From a virus: a stretch of 31,887 bases of DNA. Shown in pieces: positions 1-9,500 of this stretch. The stretch is from positions 69,870 through 101,756 of the IMG/VR virus record IMGVR_UViG_3300025529_000004; one strand, written 5' to 3'. Below the pieces are notes generated by a model. The model did no database searches and was not told the origin of the DNA. It saw only the letters and a list, made by a program, of their open reading frames with translations. Position numbers and translations under genes: made by a program. The first letter of the stretch is position 1. Each line of letters begins with the position of its first letter.

Positions 1-180
1 ATCTTTAAAATGAATCTGACAAAAATGAAATCTGAATTAGAAAAAATAACAGCTAAACATGCTATTGATAAAGTTGTTGAAACGGCTAAGAAATCTGATT
101 TGTCTCAATCTAAATTAAATTTAATTAAAGACGTTTTTGGTGTAGATATTTTTGAAGAACTTGGTCAAGAGATTGTATAA
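1..180 (+). CDS. 3' end of a phage head-region protein (partial)
   Basis: Frame 1 is open from the window edge (IFKMNLTKMKSELEKITAKHAIDKVVETAKK...QEIV) to TAA at 178-180, just before the next RBS GGGGTG. Confidence 0.65.
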   Translation: MFKMNLTKMKSELEKITAKHAIDKVVETAKKSDLSQSKLNLIKDVFGVDIFEELGQEIV

Positions 181-196
181 AAATGGGGTGAACTAA

Positions 197-616
197 ATGA
201 CCCCTTATGATGAAATATTCATTTTGTTTCTAAGTAAAATTGAAGATTATGAATTAAAAAATGATTTGCAAACAGATCCAGATTTTGCAAAAGAAAAAAT
301 GTTAGATTGGCTAATAAGTGCTATTCCAAAATTCACCTATTGCACAAAAGATTTAAGTCAAAGAGATGATGCTAATCAAGCCTTCACAGAAACATTAACA
401 CAGATGGAAAAAGAAATACTTTCCACGTTAATGGTTGTTGAATATCTATCACCAAAGGTATTGCGCTCAGAATATTTTGAAACATATCTTGGCTCGAAAG
501 ATTTTGCCAACTATTCTCCTGCAAACCAATTGAAAGAAGTAAATAACTTGAAAAAATCAATAAAAGAAGAAGCCGAGTCTTTAATGATACAGTATTATTT
601 CATGCAGGATGTGTAA
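197..616 (+). CDS. Putative head-tail adaptor/head completion protein
   Basis: 139-aa helical ORF with RBS GGGGTG; first gene of the neck cluster. Confidence 0.55.
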   Translation: MTPYDEIFILFLSKIEDYELKNDLQTDPDFAKEKMLDWLISAIPKFTYCTKDLSQRDDANQAFTETLTQMEKEILSTLMVVEYLSPKVLRSEYFETYLGSKDFANYSPANQLKEVNNLKKSIKEEAESLMIQYYFMQDV

Positions 617-619
617 AGT

Positions 620-928
620 GTGAAAAAGAAAAATTATTTCGCCTATTTAATAGATCAATTTTACAAAGTTTTATGTTTATTTGAAGAAAAGAATTTAGGG
701 CTTACTACTTTTATTGATTCTCTTAGTTATGAAGTCTATGGTTTGCAATATAGAGTGAAAAACAGCGAAAGCCAAGTCATTATTGATTCATTATTAAATA
801 TTCTTGAACATCTATATGATGATAGTCTCCAAGCTGAATATGATTTAAAAATTATCAAAAGAGAAATCTTTCATTGTACAAGCTTAGTTGAAAAGATGCG
901 TGATAAAGAACTTGGTGATCAAAAATGA
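620..928 (+). CDS. Phage hypothetical protein (neck cluster)
   Basis: 102-aa ORF, GTG start, stop overlaps the next start (ATGA). Confidence 0.6.
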   Translation: MKKKNYFAYLIDQFYKVLCLFEEKNLGLTTFIDSLSYEVYGLQYRVKNSESQVIIDSLLNILEHLYDDSLQAEYDLKIIKREIFHCTSLVEKMRDKELGDQK

Positions 929-1584
929 ATTATATAGATAGATACATAAAGCGCTTAGAAGAACGTGGCACAACGTTACCGGAGGCATTGATTAACACAA
1001 ACAAAAATATTGTTGATAAAAATTTTGCTACATCGCCTTCTTATACTTCCATTTTATTAAATGGGGTTGATAGTGACGCCATAGTAAACAAATCAGATAA
1101 GCATGATGAAAAAGTGATTTTGTTCAGACCTAATACAAAAGTGTTTTTAGGGGATGAAATCACTATTGGTAAGAAAACATATTTACTTACTGAAGTTTTT
1201 GAAGATGCAATTTACGTTAAGGGAATAGGAAAATTATGTAATTCTACTTTCAGAGTTCTTTCAGGGAAGAAAAGGGTAATTATCGGTCAAAATGATCTGG
1301 GTAGACCAGAATATGACGATACATATGAAATTGATAAGTTGGTTCCGTGTATTGTGGAAGATAGGTATTTTTATACCAACATGGATGAGCAACTTCCTTT
1401 ACCAGAGGGAAGATTAATTATTTCTATGCAATATCAGGTTGCAGATAATCTCAAAATTGATTCTTTATTTGAGATGTACAACGAAACATACAAGATCACA
1501 GATATTAATTACACTTCAGTAATTGATAGTAAGGGAATAATGAGAATCATTGCTGAAAGGAAGGTGGATAAGCCTATGGGATGA
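925..1584 (+). CDS. Putative head-closure protein
   Basis: 219-aa beta-rich ORF ending ...YKITDINY...GIMRIIAER, typical of head-closure barrels; position. Confidence 0.5.
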   Translation: MNYIDRYIKRLEERGTTLPEALINTNKNIVDKNFATSPSYTSILLNGVDSDAIVNKSDKHDEKVILFRPNTKVFLGDEITIGKKTYLLTEVFEDAIYVKGIGKLCNSTFRVLSGKKRVIIGQNDLGRPEYDDTYEIDKLVPCIVEDRYFYTNMDEQLPLPEGRLIISMQYQVADNLKIDSLFEMYNETYKITDINYTSVIDSKGIMRIIAERKVDKPMG

Positions 1585-2069
1585 AAGGACAAATAGGTAC
1601 AATTTATAAATTATTTACAAACGACGAAACCCTTTTGAGATTACTATATTATCCACCTAAAACTACGAAACAACCAGATCCACTATCTGATACGCTTCCA
1701 AACATATTGGAGATGGAATTAGAAGAAAGATGGAATATAATCGATAATTCAATTGTACTTGGTTCTAAATCAGATGATTTAGCAACACAATCCATATGCA
1801 GACTTTATTTATATGCAGGAAGAAGAAGATCAATTTCCTATAACTATAAGATTGCTCGTCAGGAAATTATTATAGACATCTTTTCTCACAACTCTTTCGA
1901 AAAAGATCTGCGTTCCATGTGGATTTCCGATAGATTAAATACTTTGTTAATAGAAAACAGGTTAGTTGGAATCACTAAAATGGATTATGTAGGGGGAAAT
2001 CCAATTTCATCTCCGCCTAATTATATTGGTTATCGTCACATTTACGAATTTGAGGGACTGAAAAAATGA
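1581..2069 (+). CDS. Putative tail terminator/tail completion protein
   Basis: 162 aa; IIIDIFSH...RSMWISDRLNTLL...YRHIYEF pattern; position before the tail tube gene. Confidence 0.5.
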   Translation: MKGQIGTIYKLFTNDETLLRLLYYPPKTTKQPDPLSDTLPNILEMELEERWNIIDNSIVLGSKSDDLATQSICRLYLYAGRRRSISYNYKIARQEIIIDIFSHNSFEKDLRSMWISDRLNTLLIENRLVGITKMDYVGGNPISSPPNYIGYRHIYEFEGLKK

Positions 2070-2794
2070 GTATGGCAGATATTTTAGGAATGGCGACTTA
2101 TGTAGATGGAGTTGGAGATGTGCATCCAATTAAGGTAAAGGATTGGGATCTGTTTGAAAAAAATGCAAATGTATTACTATTAACTAAAAATCATTTGCCA
2201 TTAAATATTGAAGAAGATATCCCCTTACTTGACCGGATTGTAATTGGAATAAGAGATGAAGAATTGGTTGATTCTCTTTGTACGATTTTTAATTTGGTTC
2301 TTAAAAGTAATGATTTTCGAATTGATACAGATGGAAAAGATTATTTTTTTATAAACGAAAATAATCAAATAATCACCAATAAAACCTATGAAGAATTAAG
2401 ACGAGTAATTTTACGCCAAAATATCATCTTTGAACCAAAGGTTTACAAAGATAAACTTCTTCAACAATGGGCTGAGAAAGTATTAGAACACAGAAATAAA
2501 GAAGCTGCAAATATAACGATGGAAGATATGATTACTACTATAGCTGTATTAAGTGGTAAACATTATTGGGATATTGCAGAATATACAATCTATCAATTAA
2601 AAAGTGAGTTTCAAAGAATAAATAAAATTAAACAATATGAAACCACTTCTATTTTATATGCTAATCCATATGCTGCGGCTGATGTTAAGTTAGAACATTT
2701 TGCCGAGTGTTTAGAGTTATATGTAGATCCTTATAAGGGTGTATTTAAATCTACAGAAGGATCTAATATTAGCAAAGCATTTAAAGCGGATTAA
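2066..2794 (+). CDS. Phage tail-region protein (possible assembly chaperone)
   Basis: 242-aa ORF with C-terminal DIAEYTIYQL motif reminiscent of tail chaperones; coupled to the upstream gene. Confidence 0.5.
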   Translation: MSMADILGMATYVDGVGDVHPIKVKDWDLFEKNANVLLLTKNHLPLNIEEDIPLLDRIVIGIRDEELVDSLCTIFNLVLKSNDFRIDTDGKDYFFINENNQIITNKTYEELRRVILRQNIIFEPKVYKDKLLQQWAEKVLEHRNKEAANITMEDMITTIAVLSGKHYWDIAEYTIYQLKSEFQRINKIKQYETTSILYANPYAAADVKLEHFAECLELYVDPYKGVFKSTEGSNISKAFKAD

Positions 2795-2808
2795 CTGCCG
2801 CTTTAAAT
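2779..2808 (+). other. RNA hairpin over the stop codon, upstream of the tail tube gene
   Basis: ATTTAAAGCGG (2779-2789) / CCGCTTTAAAT (2798-2808): perfect 11-bp stem, 8-nt loop. Confidence 0.6.
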
Positions 2809-2845
2809 AAATTAATATAATACTAATTTTTAAGGAGGAAAAATA

Positions 2846-3595
2846 ATGGCTGTAATTGCAGACGTTTTTGATGTAATTCTTATTGATAATGATGGTGGTG
2901 TGGTGGGTACTACTACACTTCAAGACTCTAACATTGAAACTCAAGTAAAAGAGCAAGAAGTTCGTGGCGGTAGAGGTAATCAGCTTTACGGTACATTACA
3001 TTCTGACCGTGACATTAATATTAGCATGAATGATATTCAATTCAGATTTGATTGGTTAGCAAAACAACTTGGACAGGATATAAAAACTGGTGCTGGTAAA
3101 GCCTATGCAACTCCTAAATGGTATGAAGTAAAAGATGATGGAACCGGGGTTGCAGAAATTGATTTAGATAATACACCTTCTGCGGTTAATGAATTAGCGA
3201 TCTATACAGAGGATGGACAAAGAATTACTGGATTTACTGTAACTGGTAAAACAGTAAGTTTTGCAGGGGCATCACCAACTGTTAATGTAGGCGATGAAAT
3301 TGAAGTCCGTACATACGTTTATGATACTCCACCTGAAACACAAGAAATTGAAATTGATAACTCTGTTTTCGCCAAAGGTGTTAAAGCCATTTTAACAACT
3401 GTTGAAATTGATGAAAGTGAAGAAAGGGTAACTCATACGGTTCAATATGAATTCTATAAAGCTATTCCTACTGGTAACTTCACTATTAACACTGCTTCTG
3501 AACGTCAAGCACAAGCACATGCGTTTAACTTACGTGTAGTTAAACCTAAAGCTTCCAATGTTGTAGGTGCTATTCGCCGTATTCCAGTTGCCTAA
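2846..3595 (+). CDS. Major tail tube protein
   Basis: 249 aa, strong RBS AAGGAGG, VRGGRGN motif, beta-rich, followed by a terminator; no sheath gene nearby. Confidence 0.7.
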   Translation: MAVIADVFDVILIDNDGGVVGTTTLQDSNIETQVKEQEVRGGRGNQLYGTLHSDRDINISMNDIQFRFDWLAKQLGQDIKTGAGKAYATPKWYEVKDDGTGVAEIDLDNTPSAVNELAIYTEDGQRITGFTVTGKTVSFAGASPTVNVGDEIEVRTYVYDTPPETQEIEIDNSVFAKGVKAILTTVEIDESEERVTHTVQYEFYKAIPTGNFTINTASERQAQAHAFNLRVVKPKASNVVGAIRRIPVA

Positions 3596-3602
3596 TAAAA
3601 CT

Positions 3603-3634
3603 AGGGCAGATTGTTAGTCTGCCCTTCTTATTTT
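3603..3634 (+). terminator. Intrinsic terminator after the tail tube gene
   Basis: AGGGCAGA/TCTGCCCT stem followed by T-rich TCTTATTTT. Confidence 0.65.
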
Positions 3635-3660
3635 AAATTTGAGTACAAGGAGGATATAAA

Positions 3661-4194
3661 GTGGCTAAACAACAAAAGAAAAAGAGTACGACTTTGAAAC
3701 CATCAGATATTAAAAGAAGAAGTAAAGAAACGCAAGTAAAAGAAGTTTATACATTTGATGATGGAAAAACTTTAAAATATTATCCTGTTTTTGCAAACAC
3801 TAAAATAGAAGAATTGATTGAAGAATTAAGAGTGAAAATTGAATATATAGAAGAAAAAGGAATTGAACTTTCCGATAAAATGACTATGAATTATGTTTTA
3901 TTTTTGTGTATCAAGTATTTTACTGACTTAAATAAATATATACCTAATTCATTTGAAGAACAAATTGCGTTTATGAAAGAAATGGTTAATGCAGATTATT
4001 TTAGACCCATCGTAGAAAAAGCATTTGATCCCAAACAAATTTCTAAGGTACTCGATGAAATAGTGGATATCTTGAGTTCTTATTATACTGTTAAGAAAAT
4101 TTTCATGGATGCCCAAAAGAAATTTGAAACACTACAATTAAAAAATAAAGAAATATTAGGCGTGTTGAATCAAGAAAGTAATGATGTGAGTTGA
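3661..4194 (+). CDS. Putative tail assembly chaperone
   Basis: 177 aa, RBS AAGGAGG, GTG start, directly after the tube gene. Confidence 0.5.
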   Translation: MAKQQKKKSTTLKPSDIKRRSKETQVKEVYTFDDGKTLKYYPVFANTKIEELIEELRVKIEYIEEKGIELSDKMTMNYVLFLCIKYFTDLNKYIPNSFEEQIAFMKEMVNADYFRPIVEKAFDPKQISKVLDEIVDILSSYYTVKKIFMDAQKKFETLQLKNKEILGVLNQESNDVS

Positions 4195-4198
4195 TATC

Positions 4199-4693
4199 AT
4201 GCCACAATTTAAAAATCTCAAAGACTTAGAAAAATATTTAAATAATAAGGTTAAAGAATCAATGAAAGAAGTTGCTGAAACTATTCGAGATGTGGAACAA
4301 GAAACTATTGAAACGGAAGTTTATGACAAATATCGCCCTAATTCAGTTGATGGTGAACCTTGGATATATCAACGAAGACGAGAAAATGGTGGTTTAAAAG
4401 ATAGAAAAAATATGATTGAAAACGTTTATGAAACCGATAATGGTGTTGAAATGATCGTTGAAAACATCACTACTGGTTCAGATAATCATGAACGTATAGA
4501 TGATTTAATTGAATATGGTGATGGGGCTAACGGTAAACAGTATGATTACAAAAAGAATAGAGATGGTACTGCTTGGCAGTATCTTAGAGGTAGACCTTTC
4601 ACAAAAAGCACTGCTGAGGAACTAGAACGGTCAAAAAGACATGTTGAGACTTTAAAAAGGGAATTGCGTGATAGAGGGATTAGTGTTGAGTAG
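4199..4693 (+). CDS. HK97 gp10-like tail completion protein
   Basis: 164 aa; Y-x-RR...LIEYG...RPF motif arrangement of this family. Confidence 0.5.
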   Translation: MPQFKNLKDLEKYLNNKVKESMKEVAETIRDVEQETIETEVYDKYRPNSVDGEPWIYQRRRENGGLKDRKNMIENVYETDNGVEMIVENITTGSDNHERIDDLIEYGDGANGKQYDYKKNRDGTAWQYLRGRPFTKSTAEELERSKRHVETLKRELRDRGISVE

Positions 4694-4699
4694 AAATGG

Positions 4700-5692
4700 A
4701 TGGTGATGCTTTTGGGAAAAAGAAAATATGTTAAGTATGTAACACCTGAAAAATTAGAAAAAGTTAATCCCCAAAATAAAAAGTTGATAGAAAAATATTT
4801 TTCATATAAGAATATGAATCTTTCAGATGACACTAAGAAAAGCTACATGTCAGATTTTAATCAATGGCTCGTCTACATTATGGAAAATTATAATAATGAG
4901 TATATTTTAGATATTATTAAAAATGATGTTGATGACATGGTTGATTTGTTAGAGGACTATGTAGCTTTCTGCACTACGACATTCGGAAATAAAGAACGTA
5001 GAATTCAGAGGAGAGTAAGCAGTATAAGTTCTTTCTTTATATATTTACGCAGAAAAAGAAAGATTAAAGAAAACCCAATGGATTTTATCGAAAGACCTTC
5101 TGTCAAAGCTGGTGAAAAACCGCAAATTATTCAAACATTTTTATCTAAAGATCAAGTTGAGGAAATTCGAAGAAAGCTTGAGGAATTAGGAGATCTTCAA
5201 TTATATACATATTTTGAAGTTGCTTTAACTACAATGGCAAGAGTAAAAGCATTAAACAATATTAAATTAAATCAAATTAACTTTGAAGAAGGAATTATTG
5301 AACGAGTCATCGAGAAAGAAGGATATGAAGTTGACTTGTTCCCTTCTGAAAAAGGAATGGAATTGATTAAACAATGGATTGAATATCGTAAAGAAAATGG
5401 TATCGAATGTGAATATTTGTTTATTTCTAAACGTAATGGTCAATGGACTAAAGTTTCCAAAAATACAATGCAAATGAGCTGGATTAAAAAAATTGGGAAC
5501 TTAATTGGTATTCCTCATTTACATAGTCATGATTTGCGACATTCTTACAGCACACTTTTATACAATTCTGGAATGAAACTTGAAGATGTTCAAGATTTAT
5601 TGCACCACATGTCCCCTGATGTAACATTGAAACACTATATCAAAAAGGATGTCAATAAAATCAAAGATAATAAAAAGAAATTTGAAATATAG
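4700..5692 (+). CDS. Tyrosine recombinase (XerC/D-like; SPbeta YomM-like position)
   Basis: N-terminal SAM-like region (RRVSSISSFFIYL...ENP) and catalytic set R (TMARV), HDLRH, H (LHH), Y (TLKHY). Confidence 0.92.
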   Translation: MVMLLGKRKYVKYVTPEKLEKVNPQNKKLIEKYFSYKNMNLSDDTKKSYMSDFNQWLVYIMENYNNEYILDIIKNDVDDMVDLLEDYVAFCTTTFGNKERRIQRRVSSISSFFIYLRRKRKIKENPMDFIERPSVKAGEKPQIIQTFLSKDQVEEIRRKLEELGDLQLYTYFEVALTTMARVKALNNIKLNQINFEEGIIERVIEKEGYEVDLFPSEKGMELIKQWIEYRKENGIECEYLFISKRNGQWTKVSKNTMQMSWIKKIGNLIGIPHLHSHDLRHSYSTLLYNSGMKLEDVQDLLHHMSPDVTLKHYIKKDVNKIKDNKKKFEI

Positions 5693-5751
5693 AATCCTTT
5701 TGAATTTGACAGCTAATGAAATTTGGCTGTCAAGTTGAGATGGATTTTTTT
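5693..5751 (+). terminator. Long hairpin plus U-tract after the recombinase
   Basis: AATTTGACAGCTAA/TTGGCTGTCAAGTT stem (5703-5736), outer AATCC/GGATT pairing, then TTTTTTT. Confidence 0.6.
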
Positions 5752-5773
5752 AAATAAAATAAACCTTTTATTT
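5752..5773. promoter_or_regulatory. AAATAAAA-N6-TTTTATTT palindrome (copy 1)
   Basis: AAATAAAA TAAACC TTTTATTT; the same motif recurs at 25564-25587; candidate -10 TACAAT at 5789-5794. Confidence 0.4.
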
Positions 5774-5827
5774 GTGGTAAAAATCGGATACAATGGAAGT
5801 AAAATATAAAAACGGGGATGTGGTTTA

Positions 5828-6511
5828 GTGAAGATAAGACCAGAAGTTTGGTTTTTGATTTTTGTAGCCACTGAAATTTTTTCAATGTATATGGATAGCT
5901 TATATGGGGTATTGATTAGTTTTGTGTTTCTCGCTTTGTCCCTCAGCACTTATAAAAACAATAAAGAATTAGAAAAGCAAGATGCGGAAGAACAGGTTAA
6001 CAATATTTTAAAAAAGCATAATATAGAATGCGATGAGTTGTTTGTTGGAGTTGATAACTTATCGGCTATTGGTTTAGATAAAAAATATCAGAATGTGATC
6101 GTTTTAAAAAGACAATCGATTCATGATGGATTTAGAATGAAGTCTATAGCATTTAAAGACATTATAGAAGCAAAGGTTATAAAAGATGGTGTTACTGAAA
6201 TTAGCACTTCAAGAGCTTCACAAATAGGTGGGGCATTGGTCGGTGGGGTTCTTGCTGGTGGAGTTGGTGCAATAATTGGAGGTTCTGGAGCGACTCAATT
6301 TGCAGAAGAAAAACTTTCTAAACTAACGCTTCAATTGGTTATAAATGATTTGTCTGATCCGGTACATTCAATCAAATTTTTGAACAAAGCCGGTTGGGTA
6401 GATCCGCATAAACCAGAATACAAAGAAGCTGTTGAGAATTCATTAAGATGGCATAAAATGTTAGAAGTAATCATTAATCGAAATCAAATGGCTTATAATG
6501 GGAATGTTTAA
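5828..6511 (+). CDS. Membrane protein with glycine-zipper hairpin (moron, possible exclusion/lysogenic conversion factor)
   Basis: Hydrophobic N-terminus, IGGALVGGVLAGGVGAIIGG segment, terminators on both sides. Confidence 0.65.
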   Translation: MKIRPEVWFLIFVATEIFSMYMDSLYGVLISFVFLALSLSTYKNNKELEKQDAEEQVNNILKKHNIECDELFVGVDNLSAIGLDKKYQNVIVLKRQSIHDGFRMKSIAFKDIIEAKVIKDGVTEISTSRASQIGGALVGGVLAGGVGAIIGGSGATQFAEEKLSKLTLQLVINDLSDPVHSIKFLNKAGWVDPHKPEYKEAVENSLRWHKMLEVIINRNQMAYNGNV

Positions 6512-6541
6512 GAAGTGTCATTCATTGGCACTTCTTTTTTT
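6510..6541 (+). terminator. Intrinsic terminator between the moron and the tape measure gene
   Basis: AAGAAGTGTCA/TGGCACTTCTT stem followed by a run of T. Confidence 0.75.
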
Positions 6542-6570
6542 ATTTATTTTGAGAAAGGAAGTGTCAATGA

Positions 6571-9500
6571 ATGGATGAGTTAGGTATAAAGTTATCAGTT
6601 GGACTTGATAATAGTCCTAAATCTGTTGAAGATATCAATAAACAAATTCGAGAATTAGAAGGAAAAATAAATAAATTAAATATTAATCTGAACTTAAGTG
6701 GTTTAGATAAGATTCAAAATTTAAATATCGGTTTTGATGATAAAGAAATACAAAAACTTCAAAAACTGGTTGATAAAATACAAAAAAGTTTTAGTAGTGA
6801 ATTAAACAAATCCTTCAAGCAAATGAATGACAATGCAGATTCGTTAATAATGGATAATGTTAAAAATGAGATTGCGAGATACAGTAATCTACAAGATCGC
6901 ATAAAAGAAATTAAAAAAGATGCTAACAGTCTTTCTCAAATTACTGTTTCAACAAAAAAAGACATAGATGATATAGAAAGAGCAGTAATTAAATATAGAG
7001 ATGCTTTAGGAAGAACTATTACCGAAACATACAAATTAATTAATCAAGGTAAAAAAATTGACAGTTCAGACTCTTCTACTAAACCTGTAATGGAATGGGA
7101 GTTAGTCAGCAATAAAGCAATTGATAATGTTGAACAACAAGAAAAAGCAGAAGAGAGTTTGCGACAAAAAAGAGATCAATTGCTTAAACAGTTAAGAACA
7201 CTTGAATTACAAGGAAAAATTACTACTGAAACATTTAAGAAAATGTCAAATGCAATAGACACCAGAGATGATATCCAACAGTTAAATAAATTAAATAATA
7301 CAATAAAAATGCTGGACAGAAATGCTTCAAGGAAAATTAGTCCGGGCGAATTAATTGCTTCAGATAGTAGTTTGAAAGATTTAAATGGTGTAACTAGTAA
7401 GCAGCTAGAAGATATACTAAGAGCCAATCAAGCAATTGGTGATCAAAGAGTTCTCGCTTCTTCCTTGAATCGTGTAACAGGACAGTGGAGTTTAACGATT
7501 AAGGAAAATTCAAAAGAACAAAGAACATTAACTGGTACGATTAACACTGCTAATGGTGCAATATATAAACAAACTGACGCAATAAAGGATTTATCTGGTA
7601 GACATTTAGGTTTAGCAGAACAAATTGGCATAGCTATATCACGAACTTTCACATGGGCTACGGCTATGACAGGTTTCTATGGAACTATTCGTGGTATCCA
7701 AAACATGCTTCAAGAAGTTATTTCTATCGATCAAGCTATGACTGAATTGAAACGTGTAATGGATGCGACACCAAAACAGTACAACGAAATGTTGCAACAA
7801 TCAATTGAGTTGTCTAAACAACTAGGTAACAATGTTCATGATGTATTAGATTCATTGACAGAAGTTGCTCGTTCTTATGGAGATACATTGTCTCAAGCAG
7901 ATATGTTGAAACTAACGAAAACTAGTATATTAGCATCTAACGTTTCAGATTTAAGTCCTGCTCAAGCTATGAGTGACATGATTGGAGTCATGAATGCTTA
8001 TAAAATTTCTGCACAAGATAGTATTCAAATAATTGATAAATTAAACGAAGTTGACAACAACTATTCAGTTAGTACACAACAAATTGCTGATGCTATGCAA
8101 AAATCAGCTTCAGTAGCAAAAGTATACGGTGTTAGTTTAGATGAATTAATTGGTAACATTACAGCAATTGGATCAACAACTCAAGAATCTGGTGAACAAA
8201 TTGGTCGTGCATTAAAAACAATTTACTCAAGAATCACTACACTTGGACAAGCTAAAGATGCATTAGATTCAGTGGGCGTTTCCATTTATGACATGAATAA
8301 TCAAGTAAAACCTGTGTCAACCATTTTGGATGAATTGGCTAAAAAATGGAAAGGTTTAAGCGATGAACAACGACAAAATGTAGCAGTAAATGTTGCTGGA
8401 CGAGATCAATTAACGAGATTTTTGGCTTTAATGGAAAACTGGAATATGTCTATTAATGCAACAAAGACAAGTTTAAATTCAGCCGGAAGCGCAATGCAAG
8501 AAAATGAAAAGTATCTAAATTCTGCTCAAGCTAGAATTAATGAATTAAAGACTGCTTTCACTGAGTTATCTTTAGCAGTTGGGAAAGCATTTCTTACTGA
8601 CGGATTTATTGGTGCTGTTGAAATATTAAAAGGGATGGCAGAAGGTGGGGCAAAAGTAGCCAGTGTAGTAGGTGTACTTCCTATTATTTTTGGAACAGCT
8701 GGTGTTGCAGCTTATGCCCTTAGTAAAAATTTCAGAAAAGCCATAACTGAAATGTCTATATTTGAAATAATGTCAAAAGGATTAACAATTTCGACAACAG
8801 CTTTAGCAACAGCATTTAGAGGATTGGCCGTTGCAACTGGTGTAGGTTTAATATTTGCTGGTATTGGTTTTGCCGCAGAAAAATTAATTGCGCACTTCAC
8901 TGAAGCCAAGAAAAAAGAAGAAGAATTTCAACAAAAACAACAAGATATGATCGATTCTTTCAAAAGCCACGAAAAATCTATTGAAGATTTGGCTGATCAG
9001 TATGAAAGATATGAACAAAAAATCTCAAGTGGTCATTATGATGTTCAAGATCTTCAACAATTTAATGATATTAGAAGGCAATTAGCTAGTTTAATGCCTT
9101 CTTTGATTGTAGGCGAAGATGCCTACGGGAATAAAATTATTGGAACAAGTTCAAGTATAAAAGAGCAAATTAAATTATTAAAAGAACAAATCGAAACTCA
9201 AAAACAAGTTGATGCAATCAAAAAAGAAAAAGAAGTAAAAAAAGAATATGACGATGCAATAAAAAATTATAAAAAAGCACAAAGCAAGAAAGATGAACAA
9301 TGGGACGATTTCCTTTATGGTAGTCAAGGTATTCTTGGGAAAATTATTCCAAGTACAAGTAATAGTGGAATAATGAATGGTATTAAAACCATTGATGATT
9401 TAAATAAAAAACTTGATGAATATGAAAAGAAAAGACAAAAATTATTGGCTCAAGGAAAAGATTTAAATCCAATAGATAAACATACATACAATCTTTTAAA

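Noticed and set aside
4138-4150. -1 frameshift at A AAA AAT in the putative tail chaperone
   Set aside because: The -1 frame meets TAA immediately, so no extended product
4700-5692. Tyrosine recombinase as the prophage integrase or a shufflon invertase
   Set aside because: Far from the att junction, and no inverted fibre cassettes were seen; all tail genes are on the + strand
5706-5733. TTGACA -35 boxes on both strands
   Set aside because: No -10 at suitable spacing; better explained as arms of the terminator hairpin
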